NCBI GenBank assembly: GCA_043825875.1
Contig: JBDRRF010000084.1
Span: forward strand, 1-64,000
Source: Pseudomonadota bacterium
GTDB lineage: Bacteria > Desulfobacterota > Desulfobacteria > Desulfobacterales > RPRI01
DNA: 64,000 nucleotides
Direction of reading: 5' to 3'
The position numbers were made by a program, and so were the translations under genes. The notes under the pieces were generated by a model. The model saw only the letters and a list, made by a program, of their open reading frames with translations, made no database searches and was not told where the DNA came from. Below, piece by piece: positions 19,431 through 29,124 of the stretch (position 1 is its first letter; the number at the start of each line of letters is the position of its first letter).

Positions 19431-20537
19431 ATGAAAAGCAAACACCTAAAAGACTTTCAACACCTTGTCGATACTATTCAAAAAATTAGCGCTGAGTTCG
19501 CCAGACAGGCAAACCGTGCAGTAAATGTAAGCCTGACTTTAAGAAACTGGTGCATCGGCGGTTATATTCATGAATATGAACTGGGCGGAAGTGACCGGGC
19601 GCAGTATGGTGATAAACTTATTGAAAAGTTATCTGAATCATTAAAGGGGGTTCCAAGAACACATCAAAGGGAATTAAACCGCTATCGTTTGTTTTATAAA
19701 ACCTATCCACAAATTGGGGAGACACTGCCTCCCCAATTGAAAAACATTTCCAAATCACTACTGTTAAATCAGGAAGTAAAAAGGGATACAGCGTCTCCTC
19801 AATGCATAGACCCGAATGACCTGATCACCAGTCTCTCATTCAGTCATTTTGATTTGCTTTTGCCTATCGAAGATGAAATCAAACGAATTTTTTATGAAAT
19901 AGAAGCCATTCGAGGCAACTGGTCGGTCAGAGAATTGAAACGACAAATAAACAGCTTATACTATGAAAGATCAGGCCTTTCACTTGATAAAGAAAAACTC
20001 TCGGAACTTACCTCTACCGGGGCACATCAACAGACTCCATTCTTAAATATCAGAGACCCTTATGTGTTTGAGTTTCTCGGTTTGAAATCAAAAGAAGTAA
20101 TGAGCGAATCACATTTGGAGGATGAACTTCTGGATAAACTGGAAGAATTTCTATTGGAGCTTGGTCATGGATTCTGTTTTGAGGCCCGTCAAAAACGTAT
20201 TCTTATAGGCAATACATATAACTTTATAGACCTGGTTTTTTATCATCGAATATTGAAATGCCATGTGCTGGTGGAACTTAAGCTGGCGGGTTTTAACCAT
20301 GAGAATATAGGGCAGCTCAATACTTATCTTGCCTGGTATAAAAAAAATGTTATGAGAACAGGAGATAATCCTCCAATCGGTATTTTACTCTGCACGGATA
20401 AAGACCACGCGCTTGTCGAGTATGCTCTGGCGGGAATGGATGCCAATTTATTTGTTTCCAAATATCAGCTTGAACTCCCGAAAAAAGAAGAGATGCAGCG
20501 CTTTATTGAGGACAAATTGCGGGAAACAGCTAAATGA
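19431..20537 (+). CDS. DUF1016/YhcG PD-(D/E)XK nuclease-fold protein
   Basis: RNWCIG, LSFSHF, WSVRELKRQI, DPYVFEFL, FLLELGHGFCFEARQKR, DLVFY...VELK. Confidence 0.93.
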   Translation: MKSKHLKDFQHLVDTIQKISAEFARQANRAVNVSLTLRNWCIGGYIHEYELGGSDRAQYGDKLIEKLSESLKGVPRTHQRELNRYRLFYKTYPQIGETLPPQLKNISKSLLLNQEVKRDTASPQCIDPNDLITSLSFSHFDLLLPIEDEIKRIFYEIEAIRGNWSVRELKRQINSLYYERSGLSLDKEKLSELTSTGAHQQTPFLNIRDPYVFEFLGLKSKEVMSESHLEDELLDKLEEFLLELGHGFCFEARQKRILIGNTYNFIDLVFYHRILKCHVLVELKLAGFNHENIGQLNTYLAWYKKNVMRTGDNPPIGILLCTDKDHALVEYALAGMDANLFVSKYQLELPKKEEMQRFIEDKLRETAK

Positions 20538-23500
20538 AATTTACGGAAGAAAAACTTGAACAAGCAGTAATCGACCTCTTTAAGGCTGAAGGTTATCAAC
20601 ACTTCACCGGTGAGCAAATGCACAAAGAATTACCTGAAGTTCTGCTCCGAGATGATCTCAAACAGTATTTGTTTAACAGATATTGTGCCGAAGAGATTAC
20701 ACAGAATGAAATTAATTCAATTATAAGAAAGTTAGAACTTTATCCGTCTTCTAATCTATATGAAAGCAATAAGGAGATCATTAGACTTGTTTCAGATGGT
20801 TTTCTTCTTAAGCGGGAAGACCGCAGTAAAAAAGACCTTTACATTCAATTGATTGACTTTGGCAGATTAGCAGAAGCACGGGAGCCAAAAGCCGGTGAGG
20901 TGCCTACTATTGTAGCAGAAAAACCTGCCGAATATACTGCAAACTATAATTTATATAAAATCGTAAATCAGCTTGAAATACAGGGCTATGAAAAAAGGAT
21001 ACCGGATGCAATAGTTTATATTAACGGTTTGCCCTTAGTGGTAATTGAATTTAAAAGCGCAATCAAAGAAAATACAACTATAAAAAATGCTTATGATCAG
21101 CTAACGGTCCGTTATCGCCGGGATATACCGGAACTGCTTAAATACAATGCTTTTTGTGTTATCAGTGACGGGGTAAACAACAAAGCCGGTTCATTGTTCG
21201 CCTCATACAATTTTTTCTATGCCTGGCGTAAGACAGATGGAAACGAATTAAAAGAAGTAGATGGCATCAATTCCCTATATACGATGGTCAAAGGGATGTT
21301 CAATCAAGAGAGATTGGTTGATATTATACGCAATTTTGTTTTTTTCCCTGATACAGCTAAAGAAGATATGAAAATTGTCTGCCGTTATCCCCAATATTAT
21401 GCTGCCCGTAAACTGTTTTACTCTATAAAAAATAATATGAGACCCAAAGGTGAAGGTAAAGGTGGCACCTATTTTGGCGCAACTGGTAGTGGAAAAAGTT
21501 TTACCATGCTATATCTTACACGACTGCTGATGAAGAGCACGCATTTTTCAAGCCCGACTATTGTATTGATAACCGATCGTACCGATTTGGATGATCAACT
21601 TTCGGGTCAATTCACAAACGCCAAAAAGTTTATTGGTGATGATACAGTAATCAGTGTTGAAAGCCGGGAAGAATTACGAAAATGGCTTCAAAACAGAAAC
21701 AGCGGTGGAGTTTTTCTTACTACTATACAAAAATTTACAGAAGATTTAAAACTGCTGACTGATAGAGCAAATGTAATTTGTATTTCTGATGAGGCACATC
21801 GCTAACAGCTAAACCTTGACCAAAAAATCAAATTATCTGCAAATGGGGTAACCAAAACTTATGGCTTTGCCAAATATCTTCATGATTCCCTTCCAAACGC
21901 GACTTATGTCGGTTTTACCGGCACTCCTATAGATGCAACTCTTGATGTTTTTGGTAAAGTAGTTGATGCCTATACAATGAAAGAATCCGTACAGGATAAC
22001 ATTACTGTAAGAATTGTGTATGAAGGCAGAGCTGCTAAAGTACTTCTTGAAGAGAAAAAACTCAGGGAAATTGAAAAGTATTACAAGCAATGTGCAGAAA
22101 AGGGCACAAATGAGTATCAAATCGAAGAGAGCAAGAAAGCGGTTACCAGTATGGAGGTCATTCTTGGAGATTCTGATCGTCTCGAAGCGGTTGCCAAAGA
22201 TTTTGTAGCTCATTATGAAGAACGGCTTTCAGAAGGTGCAAGTGTTATCGGGAAAGCGATGTTTGTTTCATCGAACAGACAAATAGCCTATGATTTGTAT
22301 AAACAAATAATTGCTATCCGACCGGAATGGGCAGAGGTAAAAGAATGTGCTGATGGTTTGGAACTCACGAAAAAAGAGCGTAAAGAGATAAAACCAATTG
22401 CAAGAATCAAAATGGTAATGACCCGCAGCAAGGATGATCCTAAAGAGCTATGGAACTTGCTCGGAACTAAAGACCACCGCAAAGAGCTTGACAGACAGTT
22501 CAAGAATGCAAAATCCAATTTTAAGATAGCTGTTATCGTAGATATGTGGCTGACCGGTTTTGATGTACCTTTTCTTGATGCCATCTATATTGACAAGCCC
22601 ATCCAGCAGCACTCTCTTATTCAAACCATTTCCCGTGTAAACCGCGTATATGAAGGAAAAGAAGCAGGCCTTGTGGTTGATTACATAGGTATAAAAAGCA
22701 ATATGAATGTTGCTCTAAAGAAATACTCACAGGTGGAAGAAGATGATTTTGAGGATATTTCAAAGGCCGTTATTATCGTTAAAGATCAGTTGGACTTAAT
22801 TGGAAGAATCTTTCAAAGATTCGATTATAGTTTTTATTTTAATGGCACACCATTGGAGCAGTTAGGCTGTTTAAACAAGGCTGCGGAATATATTCAGTTA
22901 ACAGAAGAAATGGAAAAGCGGTTTATGGGAATTGTTAAAAGACTCCGTACCGCTTATAAAATAAGTACTTCAAGCGCAGAAATAACTCAAAAAGAAAGAG
23001 ACTATATACATTTTTATTTAGCAATAGCAGCTATTATTCATAAACTCACCAAGGGCGAGGCTCCGGATACTGCACAAATGAATGAGCGGGTTCGGAAGAT
23101 GATAAAAGAAGCTCTCTTAAGCGATGGTGTGGAAGAAGTCTTTAAGCTGGGCGAAAATAAAACTGATAAAGATATTGATATTTTCAGTGATGAATACATG
23201 GCAAAGATTGATAAAATTAAATTGCCTAATACCAAAATTAAACTCTTGCAGCAGCTTTTAAAAAAGGCAATTGATGAGTTTAAAAAAATAAATAAAGTCA
23301 AAGGGATTGATTTTACAAAGAAGTTTAAAGCATTGCTGGCTAAGTATAACGAAAGGAAAGAAGATCTGGCATTTGCCAATGATGTACTTGATGATATTGC
23401 CGGGAAGTTTGCAGATTTATTTAAAGAACTACAGAAAGAGAAAAACTCATTTGAAGAAATGGGGATAAATTTTGAAGAAAAAGCATTCTACGACATATTA

Positions 23501-23755
23501 AAGAGCGTAGCAGAAAAGCACCAATTCGAATACCCACACGAAAAACTAATCAAGTTATCCCAAGCTGTAAAAGTTGTGGTCGATGACAAAGCTAAATACA
23601 CCGACTGGTTACATAGAGATGATATTAAAGCAGAATTGAAAGTTGATTTAATCCTAATTCTTGCGGAACATGGTTATCCGCCAGTACCGAAAGATGAGGT
23701 TTTTAAAGAAATATTTGAACAAGCTGAAAATTTTAAGAGATACAGAGATGAATGA
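20534..23755 (+). pseudogene. hsdR: Type I restriction endonuclease subunit R, interrupted by in-frame TAA at 21803-21805
   Basis: PD...IEFK nuclease, GATGSGKS Walker A, DEAHR then stop; the frame continues QLNLDQK...GFTGTP into the 21977 ORF (same frame) with MWLTGFD and QTISRVNR. Confidence 0.9.
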
Positions 23756-23967
23756 TTTGAGAATATAAGAGTATAATTATTTACACCTTTCTTCTTCCAG
23801 CGGTTTAGGTTTAATTTGGCAGAAAAAGCTTATTAGATTACTCAACCGTTTCTCCTTTTGAGATATTTTTTACTTATCACATCTGTGTACAAACCTTTGA
23901 TAAGAAGAAAGTACCATACTTCTGAAATCATCCTGTATAGGTTTAGACCGATACTAAGGGGTGTGAG

Positions 23968-24243
23968 GTGTTTCGCCAGATTCTGACTTTACGTACCGAG
24001 GTGGAGCAGGCGGTATTGGGGCTTGGTAAACGGGCACATATAGCCCGATTGGCCCTGAACCTGTTTTACCGGAAGCCCATTGTCAATGCCGGAGATGTGG
24101 AAAAAGCGCTGGAGATCACCACACCAACAGACAATGCCCTGATCAAGGCGTTGGTAGAACTGGGCATTTTAGTAGAAATCACCGGCCAGCAACGTTGGCG
24201 GTCGTATGCCTTCGAACGTTACCTTAGCCTCTTTATAAGTTAA
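23968..24243 (+). pseudogene. C-terminal (winged-HTH) fragment of a Fic-family protein
   Basis: GC-richer; LVELGILVEITGQQRWRSYAFERYL C-terminus typical of Fic-HTH proteins; no HPFxxGNGR motif present. Confidence 0.6.
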
Positions 24244-24481
24244 AGATAAGTCGTTATCTTTAACTTAGGTCTTGGCAAGGTTAAAGACGGGGAGCCATAA
24301 ATGGGGTTATCTTAAATAAACAAACCGCTGATTTGCCAGGCGGGCTCAGCGGAAGCCTTTGCAGATTCTCCTGCCACTGGCAGAGAACATTTGTATGTAT
24401 TGATAGGAGCGGGGCAAAAGTCAAGCTTTAATTTGCCTTTTGGAAACTACTTATAGATTATCCGGAGAATGATCTAAGCGT

Positions 24482-25012
24482 TTTGAGGGAAAAACCGTTG
24501 TGCTTAAAGAACAGGTATCGGCTTTTTTTGAAGTGACTTTGCGTACGATTGAAAATTATTTGGATAAACACAGCGAAGAATTGGCTCAAAACGGGTATGA
24601 GGTTCTTAAGGGTAATCGTTTAAAAAAACTCAAATTAGCCATTTCCGAGTCCGATGTTCCCGAAACGGATTTCGGGAACATCACAATGGCTCCACAGCTT
24701 GGTGTTTTTGATTTCTGTGCTTTCCTGAATCTTGCCATGTTGATTATAGAAAGCGAACGGGCACGCTTATTACGCCAGATGATTTTAGACATTGTCATAG
24801 ATATTATCAACCAGCGAACTGGTTGTGGCACAAAGTATATAAACCAGCGGGACGATGATTTTCTGCTTTCGGCATTCCAGGAGGAAAACTACCGTAAAGA
24901 GTTTACTGATGCTCTGAAAAATTATGTTGATATGGGAAATTTCAAATACCCACTCTATACCGATAAGATATATGTGAGCATTTTCCGGGAAAAGGCTCAG
25001 GAATACCGCTAA
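24482..25012 (+). pseudogene. Internal fragment of a putative DNA-binding protein of RM-associated loci
   Basis: Frame opens FEGKTVVLKEQVSAFFEVTLRTIENY (HTH-like) without an obvious start or RBS and stops abruptly at EKAQEYR. Confidence 0.5.
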
Positions 25013-25016
25013 ATAA

Positions 25017-25886
25017 TCCGAAACACTGTCTCGGATTTTTTATCAAAAAGCCAATTCCGAGAAGCCTTCTCGGAATTCGGACATCACCGGGGAGCATTCT
25101 GCTAAATCATTGCCGAATACTCTGGTAAAATTCGAAATATCCATGGTATTGCCTGAAAAATTGGTTCTAAATTTTAAACTAAGCTGGTCTCATTATGTAT
25201 GCCTGATAACAATAACCAATGAGCATGAACGTGCCTTCTATGAGGTGGAAGCCGCAAATGAAAACTGGTCGTTGCGGGAGTTAAAAAGGCAGATAGATTC
25301 CAGCTTGTATGAGCGTCTATCTCTTAGCAGAGACAAAGAAACGATTCGAAAAATGTCTAAAGAAGGCGTTATAGTAACAAAACCTCGTGATGTTATAAAA
25401 GACCCGTATGTGCTGGAGTTTCTTGGATTGGATGAAAAGACGGTATACTCTGAATCAGATTTGGAGACGGCAATTATTGATAAACTGGAGCATTTTCTCC
25501 TGGAGCTTGGCAAGGGTTTTCTTTTTGAGGCCCGGCAAAAACGCTTTACTTTTGATGAAGATCATTTCTATGTGGATTTGGTATTTTACAACAGATTACT
25601 TCGGTCTTATGTGTTAATTGATCTTAAAATCGGTGAACTTAAGCATCAGGACTTGGGGCAGATGCAAATGTATGTTAATTATTTTGATCGTTACGTAAAG
25701 CTTGATGCAGAAAATCCCACCATTGGCATTATTTTATGTAAAAAGAAAAAAAATTCTTTAGTCGAAATAACACTGCCGAAAGATGCAAATATTCATGCTT
25801 CAGCATATCAGCTATATTTACCAAGTAAAGAAGAGCTTAAAAAGCAGCTTGAACTGGCGGCAAAAGAATTGGAGGCCGGCAAATGA
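25017..25886 (+). pseudogene. 5'-truncated second DUF1016/YhcG gene
   Basis: Lacks the N-terminal W-x-IG region; open frame from 25017 (SETLSRI...) through LSWSHY, DPYVLEFL, FLLELGKGF, IDLK. Confidence 0.8.
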
Positions 25887-25984
25887 AACTGAAATTCAAA
25901 AAGCAGGCCTATCAGACTCTTGCTGTGGATGCAGTTGTGGATTGTTTCAAAGGACAACAATATCCTTTTTTTACTGCCGTATAG
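25883..25984 (+). pseudogene. N-terminal stub of a type III restriction endonuclease Res subunit
   Basis: ATGA-coupled to DUF1016; MKLKFKKQAYQTLAVDAVVDCFKGQ matches Res N-termini (Q-motif), then diverges and stops after 33 aa. Confidence 0.65.
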
Positions 25985-26045
25985 TTAGAAAAAATAATGC
26001 CTGAAAAAAAGCTAATGAATTAAAATTAATGGTTTCCGTTTTGTA

Positions 26046-26417
26046 TCAAGGGCAAGTATATTTTGCACAGGCATCATCGGATTCCCATGCGGTAACACTG
26101 GAAACCTTTACTGTAGGATCATCTAATCTATTTTCAAGCTCCTGTGCGATTCTCATGGCAATGGTTTCTGATGATGGATTAAGGTTTTTGAACCAATCGT
26201 GGTCATTTAAAAATGTATGGTCCAGTTCTGCAATTATTTCGGATACGATTTTTTTTATAATTCCGAAATCTATTATAACCCCTGCATCATTTAATTTTTC
26301 TCCTGTTACACATGCTTCGATCTTCCAGTTATGGCCGTGAAGATTTTCACATTTTTCCGTAACCATTTTTAGCTGATGAGCTGCCGCAAAACTACTTATA
26401 ACTTTAAGTTCAAACAT
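26046..26417 (-). CDS. queD: 6-carboxy-5,6,7,8-tetrahydropterin synthase
   Basis: FAAAHQL, CENLHGHNW, LDH, PSSE, WES. Confidence 0.93.
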   Translation of the reverse strand: MFELKVISSFAAAHQLKMVTEKCENLHGHNWKIEACVTGEKLNDAGVIIDFGIIKKIVSEIIAELDHTFLNDHDWFKNLNPSSETIAMRIAQELENRLDDPTVKVSSVTAWESDDACAKYTCP

Positions 26418-26433
26418 TTATACTTGATCCTTT

Positions 26434-27549
26434 TTATTTGGAATTACCTGACGATACACTATGCAAAATATTCTTTAGTTTGGTTGAAAACTTACTGGAT
26501 TCAAGTTCTGCAAATTCCTTTAAAAGTGTTTCCTGTTTTTTTGTAAGATTGGTAGGTGTTTTTAAATTCAAAATAATTATAAGATCCCCTCGCACATGGG
26601 TTCTTAGATGGGGAATACCTTCGCCATGCAAACGTATCACATCTCCGGGCTGAGTTTCTTTGGGGATCTTTATGGTTTTTTTACCGTTTAAAGTAGGAAC
26701 GGTTATTTTATCACCAAGAGCAGCCTGCACAAATGATATTGGTATCTTGCAATAAACGTCAAATTCATTTCGCTCAAAAAAATCATGCGGTGAAACCTGT
26801 ATAAATACATACAGATCTCCGCTTGCAGCTCCATATGCGCCTGATTCACCTTCACCAGTAAGGCGCAATCTTGAACCCGAATTAACTCCTGCCGGGATTT
26901 TCAAAGATACTTTCTTATTTATAATCACTTTTCCATTTCCCTGGCATTTGAGACAGGGATGCGTTATTGTTTGCCCGGAACCACTGCAAAAGTGACAAGC
27001 TGTCCTTAGTGTAAAAAAACCCTGGCTTTGTGAAAGTTGTCCTGTTCCATGACAATGGCGGCAGGTTTCAGGTTGCGTGCCGGGTTCACTTCCGCTTCCG
27101 GAACATTCAGGGCATGTTTCCGCTTTTTCAATAGTTATCTCTTTTTCTATTCCGAAAGCTGCTTCCATAAAACTAAGCGTAACATCATAACGAAGATCGG
27201 AACCTCTCTGGGATCTGCTGCGTGAGCGGCTGTTTCCGCCGAATCCAAAAAAATCTTCAAAAATATCGCCGAAACTGGAAAAGATATCTTCAAACCCGCC
27301 GAAACCCGAAAAACCGGTACCGCTTAATCCCTGATGACCATACTGGTCATAAATAGCTCTTTTTTGCGAATCATGAAGCACCTCATAGGCTTCTGCGGCT
27401 TCTTTAAAGTTTTCTTCAGATTCTTTGTCTCCGGGATTTCTGTCCGGATGATATTTTAAAGCGAGTTTTCGATACGCAGCTTTTAATTCGTTAGAATCAG
27501 CATTGCGGTCTATGCCAAGAATTTCATAGTAATCACGTTTGTTTGCCAT
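26434..27549 (-). CDS. dnaJ: Chaperone DnaJ
   Basis: HPD J-domain, G/F region, four CxxCxGxG repeats. Confidence 0.97.
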   Translation of the reverse strand: MANKRDYYEILGIDRNADSNELKAAYRKLALKYHPDRNPGDKESEENFKEAAEAYEVLHDSQKRAIYDQYGHQGLSGTGFSGFGGFEDIFSSFGDIFEDFFGFGGNSRSRSRSQRGSDLRYDVTLSFMEAAFGIEKEITIEKAETCPECSGSGSEPGTQPETCRHCHGTGQLSQSQGFFTLRTACHFCSGSGQTITHPCLKCQGNGKVIINKKVSLKIPAGVNSGSRLRLTGEGESGAYGAASGDLYVFIQVSPHDFFERNEFDVYCKIPISFVQAALGDKITVPTLNGKKTIKIPKETQPGDVIRLHGEGIPHLRTHVRGDLIIILNLKTPTNLTKKQETLLKEFAELESSKFSTKLKNILHSVSSGNSK

Positions 27550-27766
27550 TTGATATCCAGTTTAAACAGAAATAATTTGATTAAAAAATTTTACCCGAAA
27601 AAGCTATATTATTTAAAAACGGTATAGCAAAACACTTCCTAAAATAATGCCTAAAACAAAGTTGTCAACCATGTAAAAGTTTTGTTAATGCACAAAAAGT
27701 ATACAAAATTAAAATGTCTCACATAAATTTATTAATATCTTTTGCTTACTTATTAATAAACAATTA

Positions 27767-28942
27767 TTACCCCTCAGCATTTGTATTATTCGACAAAACA
27801 AGAAATAAAATTATACCAAGTATCATAATGCAGGCTCCGAAATAAAATGCGTGCCTTAGTTGCAGCATATCCGCTATCAGGCCTGCCGCAAGTGAGCCTG
27901 TAAGCATTCCGAGGCTGTGAGCTGCGGTTATTAACGAAATCACAGATCCCATACCTCCGGTATCTTTGCCTTTGATTACGGCAAGAGCCATAAGAGCCGG
28001 TATCGAAATGCCCCCTCCTATACCAAAAAGAATGCTTGCAAAAAGACAGTTATTAAAACCCGTTGATCTTCCAAAATAGAGCATGGCAAAGGTTACAATT
28101 ACCCCTCCTGCCGGTACAAGTATTCGTTTATTGAATTTATCGGCAACTATTCCCATGGGTGTGTGCATAATTCCACTGATGAAAACACCCAAAGAAACTA
28201 ATAATCCTGTATAAAAGCTTGGCAGAAAAAATTCGATATCCGCTAAAATCGGCAAAAATGCCCATATGATTCCAATTGATGTGGTGTAAGTGAACTGAAA
28301 AAGATAAAGTGCTGCTATATTTTTTTCAAAAATAAGAGATCTCCATTTTGCAGGAGTTTTTCCATAATTTTTTATATTTTCACTGGCAGTAGGAGGCAGA
28401 TAAAACAGGCATATCAAAAAAGCTGTGAAAGATAAAAACCCCATGCATAAAAAAGCTGCATTAAGATTGTAGTAATCCTTAACAAATCCTCCGATGATAG
28501 GGCCGATGCTTAATCCTAAGAACATGGACGTGTTAAACATGCCCATAGCAAAGCCTTCTTTCCCTTTAGGTGTAATATCTCCGATATAGGCCTGGCAAAC
28601 GGGCATAATCAATGCCGAAGCTATGCCCTGGATAAAACGGATTGTGATAAGAGCCCCTATATTTTTAGAAAATAAAAATCCCACAGATACAATTGAATAT
28701 GAGACAAGACCTGCGATAATAAATGGTTTTCGTCCTTTTTTATCGGATAATCTTCCAAAATACGGAACAAAAAGAGTTCTTGAAAGAGAAAAAACGCCAA
28801 ATATCAGCCCGATATAAATTCCGCTTGCTCCAATATCATGTGCATAAACAGGTAAAAGGGGGGTGACTATCCCAACACCTATTACTGCAGTTAATATTGA
28901 AAAAAACAGAATTGAGAAAATCTTTTTATTTAATTCAAGCAT
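27767..28942 (-). CDS. MFS transporter (DHA1-like)
   Basis: ~12 TM helices, GRLSDKKGRK motif A, RFIQG, GPIIGG; start placed at ATG 28942. Confidence 0.9.
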   Translation of the reverse strand: MLELNKKIFSILFFSILTAVIGVGIVTPLLPVYAHDIGASGIYIGLIFGVFSLSRTLFVPYFGRLSDKKGRKPFIIAGLVSYSIVSVGFLFSKNIGALITIRFIQGIASALIMPVCQAYIGDITPKGKEGFAMGMFNTSMFLGLSIGPIIGGFVKDYYNLNAAFLCMGFLSFTAFLICLFYLPPTASENIKNYGKTPAKWRSLIFEKNIAALYLFQFTYTTSIGIIWAFLPILADIEFFLPSFYTGLLVSLGVFISGIMHTPMGIVADKFNKRILVPAGGVIVTFAMLYFGRSTGFNNCLFASILFGIGGGISIPALMALAVIKGKDTGGMGSVISLITAAHSLGMLTGSLAAGLIADMLQLRHAFYFGACIMILGIILFLVLSNNTNAEG

Positions 28943-28973
28943 AATTGACTTTTTACTCGGCGTGATGAAACGA

Positions 28974-29050
28974 CTTGAGTAATTTGAATAACAGGTAATT
29001 TTGCTCAAGTTCAGGGAAGGAAAATTTCAACCGCTGGAACAGATTTATTC
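28974..29050 (-). repeat. Degenerate fragment related to the MITE family
   Basis: TTTGCTCAAGTTCAGGGAAGGAAAATTTCAACCGCTGGAA resembles TTTGGTCAAGCTCAAGGCGGGAGAAAATTTCAACCACAGGAA of inverted copies; no intact TIR. Confidence 0.5.
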
Positions 29051-29057
29051 TTTCATC

Positions 29058-29103
29058 AATAACAATAGCCTTTAGCAATAATATGATAAAGGCTATTGTT
29101 ATT
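29058..29103 (-). terminator. Hairpin downstream of the LbH protein gene
   Basis: Perfect 17-bp inverted repeat AATAACAATAGCCTTTA / TAAAGGCTATTGTTATT. Confidence 0.65.
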
Positions 29104-29124
29104 AAATAGTTGTAATTCTGTGAA

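Noticed and set aside
21803..21805. Programmed readthrough or selenocysteine/pyrrolysine recoding in hsdR
   Set aside because: The codon is TAA, not TGA or TAG, at a position normally Ser; a point mutation or sequencing error is simpler
23756..23967. Possible gene remnant between hsdR and the Fic fragment
   Set aside because: The frames I read are interrupted and I could not assign a family by eye
26046..26417. queD next to an RM island as part of a 7-deazaguanine (Dpd) DNA modification system
   Set aside because: No dpdA/tgt-like, queC, queE or folE genes nearby; queD is 16 nt downstream of dnaJ on the opposite strand from the island and looks like core genome
27550..27766. CIRCE element upstream of dnaJ
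   Set aside because: No TTAGCACTC-N9-GAGTGCTAA match found
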